Of a DNA stretch of 64,000 nucleotides, positions 37,185 to 48,916 are shown in pieces (positions within the stretch are counted from its first letter, which is position 1; the number at the start of each line of letters is the position of its first letter). Origin of the DNA: Macrostomum lignano. Taxonomy: Eukaryota. The notes under the pieces are model-generated. The model was not told the DNA's origin and did no database searches. It worked only from the letters and a program-made list of their open reading frames with translations. The position numbers were made by a program, and so were the translations under genes. Where the stretch lies: the NCBI GenBank assembly GCA_002269645.1, contig NIVC01001585.1:186001-250000 (forward strand), given 5' to 3'.

Positions 37185-38040
37185 TGAGATGGGAGTAGTT
37201 AGAGACAGGTGAGCTGGGAGTAGTTAGAGACAGGTGAGCTGGGAGTATAGTTAGAGACGGGTGAGCTGGGAGTAGTTAGAGACACGTGAGCTGGGAGTAT
37301 AGTTAGAGACACGTGAGCTGGGAGTATAGTTAGAGACACGTGAGCTGGGAGTATAGTTAAAGACAGGTGAGCTGGGAGTATAGTTAAAGACAGGTGAGCT
37401 GGGAGTATAGTTAAAGACAGGTGAGCTGGGAGTATAGTTAAAGACAGGTGAGCTGGGAGTATAGTTAAAGACAGGTGAGCTGGGAGTATAGTTAAAGACA
37501 GGTGAGCTGGGAGTATAGTTAAAGACAGGTGAGCTGGGAGTATAGTTAAAGACAGGTGAGATGGGAGTATAGTTAAAGACAGGTGAGATGGGAGTATAGT
37601 TAAAGACAGGTGAGATGGGAGTATAGTTAGAGACAGGTGAGCTGGGAGTATAGTTAGAGACAGGTGAGATGGGAGTATAGTTAGAGACAGGTGAGATGGG
37701 AGTATAGTTAAAGACACGTGAGATTGGAGTATAGTTAAAGACAAGTGAGATGGGAGTATAGTTAGAGACAGGGGAGATGGGAGTATAGTTAAAGACAGGT
37801 GAGCTGGGAGTATAGTTAAAGACAGGTGAGATTGGAGTATAGTTAGAGACAGGTGAGATTGGAGTATAGTTAGAGACAGGTGAGATTGGAGTATAGTTAG
37901 AGACAGGTGAGATTGGTGTATAGTTAAAGACAGGTGAGATGGGAGTATAGTTAGAGACACATGAGATGGGAGAATAGTTAGAGACACGTGAGCTGGGAGC
38001 ATAGTTAAAGACAGGTGAGATTGGAGTGGTTAAATACAGG
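37185..38040 (+). repeat. 27-bp minisatellite GAG[C/A]TGGGAGTATAGTTA[A/G]AGACAGGT, sharing the GACAGGTGAG core with the adjacent 22-bp array
   Basis: 9-aa periodic antisense translation LTILPAHLS. Confidence 0.96.
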
Positions 38041-38689
38041 TAGACAGGAAGACCTCATCCAGTTTTATTACAAACTGTAGGAAGAGGATTAGTTACGCAG
38101 ACGGTACAAGGCAGTCAACGGCTCGTGCCTTGGAGGATTCGGGTTTTGTTTTCACAGGAGCACCGGTGCTGGTCAGTCCGGTTTGCGGTTCAGACGGCAG
38201 CAGCTTACACACACAGTCGGGGTCAGAAAGCTTTGATATTAGCTCCAAGTTGCAGTACCTGAACCTGGTGGGGAGCTGGGAGAAAAGAAGATGAGAGAGA
38301 GGCAGACAGAGAAAACACACAGGGAGGCGGTTTCAAGCCGAGCTGCTGAAATCTATCTTTGCTATTATTTTTCTAATCAAGCAGAGGCAAACTCCTTCAT
38401 CATATATCGAGTTTGATCTGGGCCCGCTTAAGCCAACTTGCCAATCTGCGCGCTCTCTCTCACCTAGAATATGGGGAGCTTTTTATGGGGAAGGCCATAC
38501 ATGAATCGAATGGCCTGTGGGAAATGCCATTATATCTGCCTGGGGGGCCATTGCCCAAGGGTTTGCGACAACACGTTAGCCAATAATTTAGCAGAATTTA
38601 AACAGATATTAAACAGAAAGTTTTTGTAAAAAAATTTACGTATTTTCAAATAATGCGTAGGATTTGAAAATTTAGCTAAATTTTTAGGG

Positions 38690-38980
38690 ATAGTGAGAGG
38701 GAGAAGGTGAGGGAGAGGATGAGAATGAGAGAGGGAGAAGGGGAGTGAGAGATGGAGAGTGGGTGGGAGAATGAGAAGGAGAGGGAGAGATGAAGAGTGA
38801 GAGAAGGAGAGTGAGAGATAGAGAGTGATAGATGGAGATGGGGAGTGAGAGAAGGAGAGTGAGAGAAAGAGACTGAGAGATGAAGTGTGATAGATGGAGA
38901 TGGGGAGTGAGAGAAGGAGAGTGAGAGAGGGAGATGGAGAGTGAGAGATGGAGAATTAGAGATGTAGAGAGAGAGAAGAG
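38690..38980 (+). repeat. Degenerate GA-rich simple repeat
   Basis: GAGAGTGAGAGA[T/A]G motifs. Confidence 0.9.
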
Positions 38981-39464
38981 AGGTCACGGCGTGTTTAAAA
39001 AAAATTCAATATGGGTTACCGGTTTCAAGCCTCTGGGCTTTTTATCAGGCCAAAAATCTGTGTTTAATGCAATGTAAGTTGGTCTTTTAAGTATATTATT
39101 TTTCTTAGTCTGATAAAATTGATGAGTAGTTGTACATATGAGGGATGTACATTTAAAACCCTGTTTTGTCTAGCTCTGACTTGTCCCAGAGGCTTTCCAC
39201 TGTTCATTTCAATCGACATTTGTGCGTACAATCAAGTAGTTTGAATAAAATAAACGTGAATAAATATTGTACATCAATAGGGTAAAATGACCGCATTGGT
39301 TAAAATGATTCAATGGTTTCCTGGCTGAGACTTAAACTTATTGGGAGCCAGGAGGCTCTGTAAATTACGTTGCCGTGTAAATGCGGGCAGTATGCGGGAG
39401 CCTGGTTTATTTTGTAGTTTATCAAAGTTTTTAGCAATCTCGTTAGCACTCTCTTGGAGAGTGA

Positions 39465-40050
39465 GAGATGGATATGGATAGTGAGAGAATGAGAGTGAGA
39501 GAAGGATAGTGAGAGAAGGAGAGTGAGAGATGAAGAGTGAGAGAAGGAGAGTGAGAGATGAAGAGTGAGAGAAGGAGAGTGAGAGATGAAGAGTGAGAGA
39601 AGGAGAGTGAGAGAAGGAGAGTGAGAGATGAAGAGTGAGAGATGGAGAGTGAGAGTTGGAGAGTGAGATTGAGATGGAGAGTGAGATTGAGATGGAGAGT
39701 GAGAGATGGAGAGTGAGAGAGTGAGAGTGAGAGAAGGAGAATGAGAGATGGAGAGTGAGAGATGGAGAGTGAGATTGAGATGGAGAGTGAGATATGAAGA
39801 GTGAGAGATGGAGAGTGAGAGATGGAGAGTGGGAGATGGAGAGTGAGATTGAGATGGAGAGTGAGAGATGGAGAGTGAGAGATGGAGAGTGAGATTGAGA
39901 TGGAGAGTGAGAGATGAAGAGTGAGAGATGGAGAGTGAGATTGAGATGGAGAGTGAGAGATGGAGAGTGAGAGATGGAGAGTGAGAGAAGGAGAGTGGGA
40001 GATGGAGAGTGAGAGAAGGAGAGTGGGAGATGGAGAGTGAGAGTGAGAGA
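39465..40050 (+). repeat. GA-rich 14-bp repeat GAGAGTGAGAGATG
   Basis: Tandem units with ATTGAG and AAG variants. Confidence 0.92.
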
Positions 40051-41351
40051 TGCCGACCTAGCCAACAAGTGTCTCCAAAAAATCCGAGGTGATAAAGCTC
40101 GGTGATTGATGAAGCAATGGTGTTTCGCAGATTGTATTAGCAAATAAAGTTGCGCCCAGCAGGTGCCATTTGAGATTATACGAGCCGGGATTTGTCATGT
40201 CGCACGGATGTCCTCCTCCTCGAGCCGGACAATTAGGAAGCCGTCAAGTCGCGGCAATATTTAACTAGCTGGCTCGCACCTGGCGCAGCCTCACGGGGAT
40301 TAAAGCAGACATGTTTTTGCACGTTTTTACCAGGCAAAGCTCCGAAACTCCGTTTCGGCAAGGTCTCCAAGAATGCCGCCCGAACCCCCTCGGTTTCTGC
40401 TTTTACAGCTTCCATGACGAAATTAGCGGCCAGGAGAAAAAACTTATTGAAGGCGTCGCTCGAATTTTGGCAATAAATATTTTTCACAGCCAACCTTAAA
40501 CTCGTATAAAAATATACGGGGGAACCTGTCACGGTGTCACCTCAACGGCCTGGCAGATCTGTTGCTATAGGGACCCCCCCCCCAACCCGAAAAAGCGATC
40601 CCCTTATTAAACCGGCCTGCGCACGCGGCTTGCAAAACAATCTTTCTGCAGGAATTTTAGCGGAACAGAACTCGAATACAGGAAATGTTTGGAGTTGTGT
40701 CAACATTGCAACAGCAGATTGCAGGCAGGCCTGCCTCAGCCAAGCTATTCATTATTCGAAGCCCAAGAAATGTTCTGCTTTGGTCATCAGCTCTCCCAGC
40801 TTGGTTTCACACCTTTGTTTTCAACCCCAAGCCCAACTTCTAACCTTCTGTTTCACTCGGTCTTTATAATTAACAAGCTTTAGAAAGTTTTTAGTCTCTA
40901 AGGTGGATCGGATGGGGCTTTTTATTCGACACCTCTAACTATGTCTTAGTCTTTCTTCCCAATCAATATTGCGGATAACAGATATATATATTTACGCAGC
41001 CGGGGAGTGTGTGCCCGGGGTGCTACAGAACTGAGTGTGGATGAGGAAATCCCCTGTTTTGATGATGTTTACTGTACAAATATTGAACTGCTCGGGCTCG
41101 GTCGTTTTAAATATGACACACGCGCTCGCAGGCACAGGCGGACAGATGGGGTGCGAGGGTTCTGTTGGCGTCATATAATGTGAAAACTCGCATAGCTACC
41201 GATCGGGCCTTTATTACTCTCGTGGCTTACAAAGGCTCCGGATTTTAGTGAAATTCATTTTTTGCAATTCTCTTATTGCAAAACGAGAAGTTGCCGGGAT
41301 CTCAGCCAGCTTCTTGATTTGAAATCTTCTTCAAACAGGCGAAACTGGTTA

Positions 41352-41587
<236 letters not shown>

Positions 41588-41891
41588 GCTGAGATGGAGA
41601 GAAGCAAACAGAGACAGTCATCACAGATATATTGCCATTGCGAAAGATCGTTTAAGGACTCCAAGAGCTCTGTAATATTGCATCAAAGAATTTCAGATTT
41701 CAGACTTGAGCATATCAATTTGCTGAGTCATTCATCCGGTATGGAAGTTCGAATCGAAAGCCTGCTCGTTATTAAACATTCGCTAGTTGTTTAGAAGTGT
41801 TTAGCATCATGAAACCTGAAATGTCAAGTCCAAGTGAGCAATTGTTTACCACAGACAGCCCGCTGACTTTGCACTGGATCAATATGGTACT

Positions 41892-42608
41892 TTGGCCATA
41901 GACATAGAGCAGCCACTGACTCAGCACTGGCACTCGGCCATGGACATAGAGCAGCCACTGACTCAGCACTGGCACTCGGCCATAGACATAGAGCAGCCAC
42001 TGACACAGCACTGGCACTCGACCATAGACATAGAGCAGCCACTGACTCAGCACTGGCACTCGGCCATAGACATAGAGCAGCCACTGACTCAGCACTGGCA
42101 CTCGGCCATAGACATAGAGCAGCCACTGACTCAGCACTGGCACTCGGCCATAGACATCGAGCAGCCACTGACACAGCACTGGCACTCGGCCATAGACATA
42201 GAGCAGCCACTGACTCAGCACTGGCACTTGGCCATAGACATAGAGCAGCCACTGACTCAGCACTGGCACTCGGCCATAGACATAGAGCAGCCACTGACTC
42301 AGCACTGGCACTCGGCCATAGACATAGAGCAGCCACTGACTCAGCACTGGCACTCGGCCATAGACATAGAGCAGCCACTGACTCAGCACTGGCACTCGGC
42401 CATAGACATCGAGCAGCCACTGACACAGCACTGGCACTCGGCCATAGACATAGAGCAGCCACTGACTCAGCACTGGCACTCGGCCATAGACATAGAGCAG
42501 CCACTGACTCAGCACTGGCACTCGGCCATAGACATCGAGCAGCCACTGACACAGCACTGGCACTCGGCCATAGACATAGAGCAGCCACTGACACAGCACT
42601 GGCACTCT
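41892..42608 (+). repeat. 42-bp minisatellite GCCATAGACATAGAGCAGCCACTGAC[T/A]CAGCACTGGCACTCG, 17 units
   Basis: 14-aa periodic translation IDIEQPLTQHWHSA; no unique spacers. Confidence 0.98.
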
Positions 42609-43149
42609 ATTAGTTACATTATAATCAAGTAGAGAGAATTTCAAATCAAATATTCTGACTACAGAACTTCATTTCTAACTGATAAAACTTTGCTTTGTCT
42701 GCCAGTATCCAGTTGTGAACCAGGCAGAAAAAAACGAAGAAGTGACGGATCAAGATTCGAAGCCATAAGTTCGAAGCAGTTGCCGCATTTAAAGACCAAT
42801 TCATTCTGTTGCTATTTCTTAAAACTCTGTCCCCCCGATCCCCGGTAACATTCAGTAAAAATATTTGCTTCACCAAGTTTTCCCTGCGAACCAAAACTTG
42901 CTTGCGGCTCCGCGATGTCTAGAAGAATCCCCGGCCGCGTACCCTGGTCACAGCGATTCCCCGCGGGGGGTCAGAGAACTCGGACAGTTGTTGCACAAAT
43001 TCGCGCTTGACCACACCGATCAATATCTGAGTTGAAAACTGCTTTGAAAAAGTAAAGCGCTATTATCCCGCAAATCTGCGACGGACTGAACACTTGCGCG
43101 AGAAAGATTGACATTGAAATGTTACGAAGAGAGATAAAATACAGCAGTG

Positions 43150-43432
43150 TACTATGCTGTTTATGAGCGGTGCTGTCTATGAGCGGTGCTGTCTCTGAGT
43201 GACTGTGTCTATGAGTGGTGCTGTCTATGAGCGGTGCTGTCTATGAGCGGTGCTGTCTATGAGCGGTGCTGTCTATGAGCGGTGCTGTCTATGAGCGGTG
43301 CTGTCTATGAGCGGTGCTGTCTATGAGCGGTGCTGTCTATGAGCGGTGCTGTCTATGAGCGGTGCTGTCTATGAGCGGTGCTGTCTATGAGCGGTGCTGT
43401 CTATGAGCGGTGCTGTCTATGAGCGGTGCTGC
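43150..43432 (-). repeat. 16-bp minisatellite TATGAGCGGTGCTGTC (inverted copy of the 28505 array)
   Basis: Exact reverse complement of GACAGCACCGCTCATA. Confidence 0.97.
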
Positions 43433-44195
43433 TTGTCTAGGATCGATATAGAAGCAGCAAAGCTAAGCAAAAAAGCCAAGAGTATCTACCATACACCATA
43501 ATGCAAATCAAACCGATAGGGACAGTCAAAGCAAAAGCGGCAAGTTAAGGAAGACCTCACCGGCAGATTAATTGCCGCGATAAACCACTTTCGTGTGGCA
43601 TTCCCGCTGCGCCCCAACCCCCTCATTCAAGACACTTCACACTTCGAAACAGCGGGAGGTCTTGCATTCCACGCTTCCCCCTCGCGCCCGCTTGGGTTCG
43701 GTCAAATGGTTTGGTGGACGCGGGAACACGGAAGCGAGTTAAGTCCTTTGACGACATAGATATCTTTTGCTATGCGACAGCAGATGCTGGTCGGCTTGGC
43801 TCTCACACTTTCTGCCGCAACTCCACTTACAGCTGCTGTTGTCAATTTTTCTTCTTTTCCTTCGGCTGGTTCCGCATAGCGAAAGCAGACAGAGAAGGAA
43901 GAGAAAACACAATCTAATGCTGACCCACGATTTCAACACCAACGTTTGTTGACCTGCGGGTTAGCTTTGGCCATTTGTCTGGCTGGAATCTCTGCGCGGG
44001 GGGCGGATAAAGACTGCGGATTGTATGGCGAAGTATTGGACAAGAGGTTCAACTGTCGGAATAACAACTGGGGGCGGGGCAGCGTAAGGGGGCGAGAATG
44101 ATCACAACGGGTGTCAATTCTTTGCGTGGCGGACTGTTGATTGATTGGTGTTGACGTAGGTGAACTGGGATAATGGAACTGGCTTTTCATCTGAG

Positions 44196-44590
44196 GTCTA
44201 TGAGCGATGCTGTCTATGAGCGGTGCTGTCTATGAGCGGTTCTGTCTATGAGCGGTGCTGTCTATGAGCGGTGCTGTCTTTGAGCGGTGCTGTCTATGAG
44301 CGGTGCTGTCTATGAGCGGTGCTGTCTATGAGCGGTGCCTATGAGCGGTGTCTATGAGCGATGCTGTCTATGAGCGATGCTGTCTATGAGCGGTGCTGTC
44401 TATGAGCGGTGCTGTCTATGAGCGGGGCTGTCTATGAGCGGTGCTGTCTATGAGCGGTGCTGTCTATGAGCGGTGCTGTCTATGAGCGGTGCTGTCTATG
44501 AGCGGTGCTATCTATGAGTGAGACTGGTTATGAGCGATGCTGTCCATGAGCGATTCTGTCTGTCACAATGAGCTGTGCTGTCTGTCTGAG
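44196..44590 (-). repeat. Second TATGAGCGGTGCTGTC array
   Basis: Same unit, degenerating at its right end. Confidence 0.95.
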
Positions 44591-45072
44591 TGATGTTAAC
44601 CATGTTTCCGTAAATAAAATGCATTATTTTAGCTTTTTTATCGAATAATACAAGAATATCGTAGGTTTATTCATCAGTTAGTAGCCAGTGTAGCAAATTT
44701 GCTTTAAAATTAAAACAGAGGATTGGCAAAACCCGGGCTATATGTAGCCAGCCATAAAGCATTTACCGCCCACACTCCCGACACGCGAGACCAGCAGGAA
44801 GCAGCGAGCTCAGCCCAATCGGGGGGTGGTCAGAAATATTGATTTGTGGGATCAACTGCTCGCAGCAAAGCCTTTATTTCACCCTCTCTCTCTTTCTTCC
44901 CAAAGTCCGGGACTGCAACGTACGGGGTTGGCAATTTTACGCCTTCCAACCCCAATATCAAACTCACCTCCCTGATCCAAGGAGCAAAATAAAGGCGTTG
45001 CTACTCAAAGTTTTGGCTACTCAAAGCAACTGCTGTCAAATCCTGCTGTTGAAAAACCAGACTTTGCAGCAA

Positions 45073-47626
45073 ATGATGGCTGAGATGCCGCCGGAATTGA
45101 ATCTCGATCAGAAGCAGGCCAAGAAGCAGCCTCAGCAGCAGCAGCAGCAGCAACAGCTTCTGCTGCAGGGACGACTTTTTCGATTGTTACGCAATGATGG
45201 AGTGCAGATTCTGCTGCCAGTAATGCTGGACAGGGTGCCGCAGCACATCGCTGTGCGGTGAGGCCGTGCAGTGATTCTAGCATCTCCCCACTCTCCCATC
45301 TCCCCACTCTCCCATCTCCCCACTCTCCCATCTCCCCACTCTCCCATCTCCCCACTCTCCCATCTCCCCTTCTCTCCCATCTTCCTTCTTTCCCATCTCA
45401 TTCTCTCGCATCTCTATTCTCTCGCATCTCCCTTCTCTCCCATCTCCCTTCTCTCCCATCTCTCTTCTCTCCCATCTCTCTTCTCTCCCATCTCTCTTCT
45501 CTCCCATCTCCCATCTCTCCTCACTCTCCCATCTCCCTTCTCTCCCATCTCCTTTCTCTCCCATCTTTCCTCTCCCATCTCTATTCTCTACCATCTCCCT
45601 TCTCTCCCATCTCTATTCTCTACCATCTCCCTTCTCTCCCATCTCCCTTCTCTCCCATCTCCCTTCTCTCCCCACTCTCCCATCTCATTCTCTCCCATCT
45701 CCCCTTCTCTAACATCTCCACTCTTCTCCCATCTCCCCTTCTCTCCTATCTCTCTTCTCTCCCATCTCTCTTCTTTCCTATCTCTCTTCTTTCCCATCTT
45801 CCTTCTTTCCCATCTCATTCTCTCGCATCTCTCTTCTCTCCCATCTACCTTCTCTCCCATCTCTCTTCTCTCCCATCTCTCTTTTCTCCCATCTCTATTC
45901 TCTCCCATCTCCCTTCTCTCCGCACTCTCCCATCTTCCTTCTTTCCCATCTCATTCTCTCCCATCTCCCCTTCTCTAACATCTCCACTTTTCTCCCATCT
46001 CCCCTTCTCTCCTATCTCAATTCTTTCCCATTTTCTCACATCCTCCCAAATGAATCCTGAGTTCAACATCGCACCCAAAATCCCCAATCAACTGCAGCCG
46101 CCTCGGCCCCTGGCAGGTGCCCTGCCTGCAGGTGATCACCGACGCGTCACCGGCGCTGCAATTCGGCGACCTCATACTGGAGTGGTGCGGAGTCCAGTGC
46201 CTGGACAGGGCAGACAACTATCACGAGTTTCTCACCCGGCTCGTATCGGCCGGTCACAAGGCTCTGGCCGGCGGTCGCCAGCTGCCCGTCGTGGTGCTCC
46301 GCTGGCAGCCGGGGCCGCTGCACGAACTCGCTGACCGGCTGCTGATGGACGGCGCCGAACGGCAGGTCGACGCGCTCAGCTTCCGGTTGGACAGCCTGGC
46401 AGAGCGACGTGGCGGCGGCGGTGGCGGCGGCGGCATTGACGGAAGATTGAGCGTCCGGACGGCTCCCGCGGCACTGGCGTCGGACCCTGCGGCTTCAGGG
46501 TTGAAGCCGACGACGTTGATGACCGAGGCAGGCGATACCCGAGATGACTCGGTGGCTGATGAGGTTAGAAGTGTTTGGGTTCTTTTAAACTGGAATCGTG
46601 ATGTCCGGAATGATTTGTGTCTGGAACTGTGATGTCCGGAATGATTTGTGTCTGAAATTGTGATGTCCGGAATGATTTGTGTCTGGAAGTGTGATGTCCG
46701 GAATGATTTGTTTCTGGAAGTGTGATGTCCGGAATGATTTGTTTCTGGAAGTGTGATGTCCGGAATGATTTGTTTCTGGAAGTGTGATGTCCGGAATGAT
46801 TTGTGTCTGGAAATGTGATGTCCGGAATGATTTGTTTCTGGAAATGTGATGTCCGGAATGATTTGTGTCTGGAAGTGTGATGTCTGGAAATGTGATGTCC
46901 GGAATGATTTGTGTCTGGAAGTGTGATGTCCGGAATGATTTGTGTCTGGAAATGTGATGTCCGAAATGATTCCGGAAAGTATAGGGTATCGAGTATCGGG
47001 AATCGGGTATCGGGAATCGGGTATCGGGTATCGGGAATCGGGAATCGGGTATCAGGAATCGAGTATCAGGAATCGGGTATTGGGAATCGGGTATTGGGAA
47101 TCGGGTATCGGGAATCGGGAATCGGGTATCAGGAATCGAGTATCAGGAATCGGGTATTGGGAATCGGGTATTGGGAATCGGGTATCGGGAATCGGGTATC
47201 GGGTATCGGGTATCGGGAATCGGGTATCGGGAATCGGGTATCGGGTATCGGGTATCGGGAATTGAGTATCAGGTATCGGGAATCGGGTATCGAGTAAATG
47301 ACTTCCATTGTGCAAGGCATCAGTAACTTGGCGCCATTTGCTCGGCACAGCAGGAGGCGCCGTGTCGCAGGTGCGCTCAGCGACATCGCAGTCTGCAAGC
47401 CCTACTAGAAGAGAAAAATCGTCGAATAATTCGATTAGAATGCGCCCTCAGACTGCAGCGCCAGTTGCTCACTGCTCGATCGTCGGCGGCGGCGGCGAAC
47501 GCAGAGCTTGTCAATCTCATACTGGAGGAGGCGCCACGACTGCTCGACTCGGCCGGTCAGCGACTGCGTCGACGCCTGGAACTCGAGCCGTCCGAGCCAG
47601 CTGCTGGCAGCGCCAGACGGCATTGA
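45073..47626 (+). CDS. Uncharacterised protein, about 308 aa: poly-Q, degenerate PDZ-like domain, C-terminal coiled coil. Exons 45073-45257, 46098-46563, 47351-47626
   Basis: Phases match (2, then 0); total 927 nt. [15 protein letters not shown]...[11 protein letters not shown]...VVVLR resembles the PDZ GD-x-IL-x-VNG/helix B/strand F segment. [27 protein letters not shown] shows heptads. The third exon is not in the supplied ORF track. An acceptor 3 nt before the ATG leaves the true N-terminus uncertain. Confidence 0.65.
45280..46040 (+). repeat. Pyrimidine-rich degenerate CTCTCCCATCTCCC repeat filling intron 1 of the PDZ-like gene
   Basis: CCCATCTC core with variable spacing. Confidence 0.93.
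46596..46975 (+). repeat. 31-bp minisatellite GTGATGTCCGGAATGATTTGT[G/T]TCTGGAA[G/A]T
   Basis: GTGATGTCC at 46691 and 46722. Confidence 0.96.
46984..47293 (+). repeat. Mixed 7-bp repeat CGGGTAT/CGGGAAT
   Basis: Directly abuts the 31-bp array in the same intron. Confidence 0.95.
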
Positions 47627-47809
47627 ATATAATATAATCTGGTTCCGTGATTAAAAATGCCGCCTTTTTTCTGATTGGCTGCAAATAGTTTCAATATGAT
47701 GTAAAGCAATGTACATTTGAGAATGTAGTTAAGATGAAAGGACCCGTAGCCTTCCCCCCATTAAGTCCAAGATAATGTACAGTCTCTCGACTAAATTCGA
47801 GGAAACTTA

Positions 47810-48022
47810 ATTTTACGAACCTTTAGCCTCTCCTGAATTCATGCAGTTTATAATGATGTACATTATTTAGATTGAATGTGGGGCAGGAATTTTACGACCC
47901 ATAGGCTCTCCCGAATTCAGTTTATAGTGATGTACATTCTTATGATTGAATGTGGGGCAGGAATTTTACGACCCATAGGCTCCCCTGAATTCAGTTTACA
48001 TGTATAGTGATGTACATTCTTT
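47810..48022 (+). repeat. About 3 copies of a ~74-bp direct repeat
   Basis: ATTGAATGTGGGGCAGGAATTTTACGACCCATAGGCTC at 47871 and 47945, plus a degenerate first copy. Confidence 0.85.
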
Positions 48023-48916
48023 AGCAGTTAGCAATTTTACAAGCGTACGATGAAAGAGAGCCTCCATAGCTTCCTCCCTTATCTTAGAAGCTTCCCATAT
48101 ACTAAAAATGAGTTTAAGTTGTTTACAACCGGCGTATAGTGTAAAGCTATATCTACTTCAAGTCTTGAAATCTGCGAGCGTATAAAGTAGCTAGTACTCG
48201 TAATATTTCTATCCTAGTAATATCCTGATGAAACTTATCGATGCTCAAGCAGATATTATGTGTAGTTCATTTATGTATAGTATACATGCACTAACTTGGA
48301 TAATTGCCAAGCAATATTTATTTCCTTTTAATTAAACTTGTACTTCGAATCGACAATTGTACTTTGTCATATTATTATTTAGAATTAGATTTTTGATTGC
48401 TTACTGTTGATTAAGATTAATAAATTCACATATTTATGTAGCTTACTAAATCATCGTGCTACTTCAAGTAGAATATTGAGCTTAATAGCTCGCATACCGA
48501 GAGAGTAGGGCAAATAGAAGTGAGCAAACTAGACAACAGTTGATCAGCTCTAACCCATTGTATCTGGTGTATGTTATTTAGAAGATGCACCTATTTAGGG
48601 TGAGAGCATAATCAAGCGGCTACACTAACACGACTCAGAAGAATGAATGGAAGGCACAGACAATTTAAACACAGATGCACACACGCAGACACTTGCGAAT
48701 CTCTCGAACTGCAGGACAGCTAAGCGCCCCAGCAGTTATAGTTGCTAACCCCCTAAGTACAAAAGCAAGCTCAAGCTACTCCAAGCCAGACCCCTAATAA
48801 TTATATATGAACTCTCGAGTTCTATGCAAAACAGATAGAGAGATTTCTGGTTTAAAGACTTTAGTCAAATAAAATAGCTGCGTCTTGCCTGCAGTTGTGC
48901 ATTACCCACACCGCTA

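Noticed and set aside
38157-38294. PVCGSDG Kazal-like motif after a possible acceptor
   Set aside because: It lacks the following TY-x-N-x-C and the other Kazal cysteines, and no partner exons were found.
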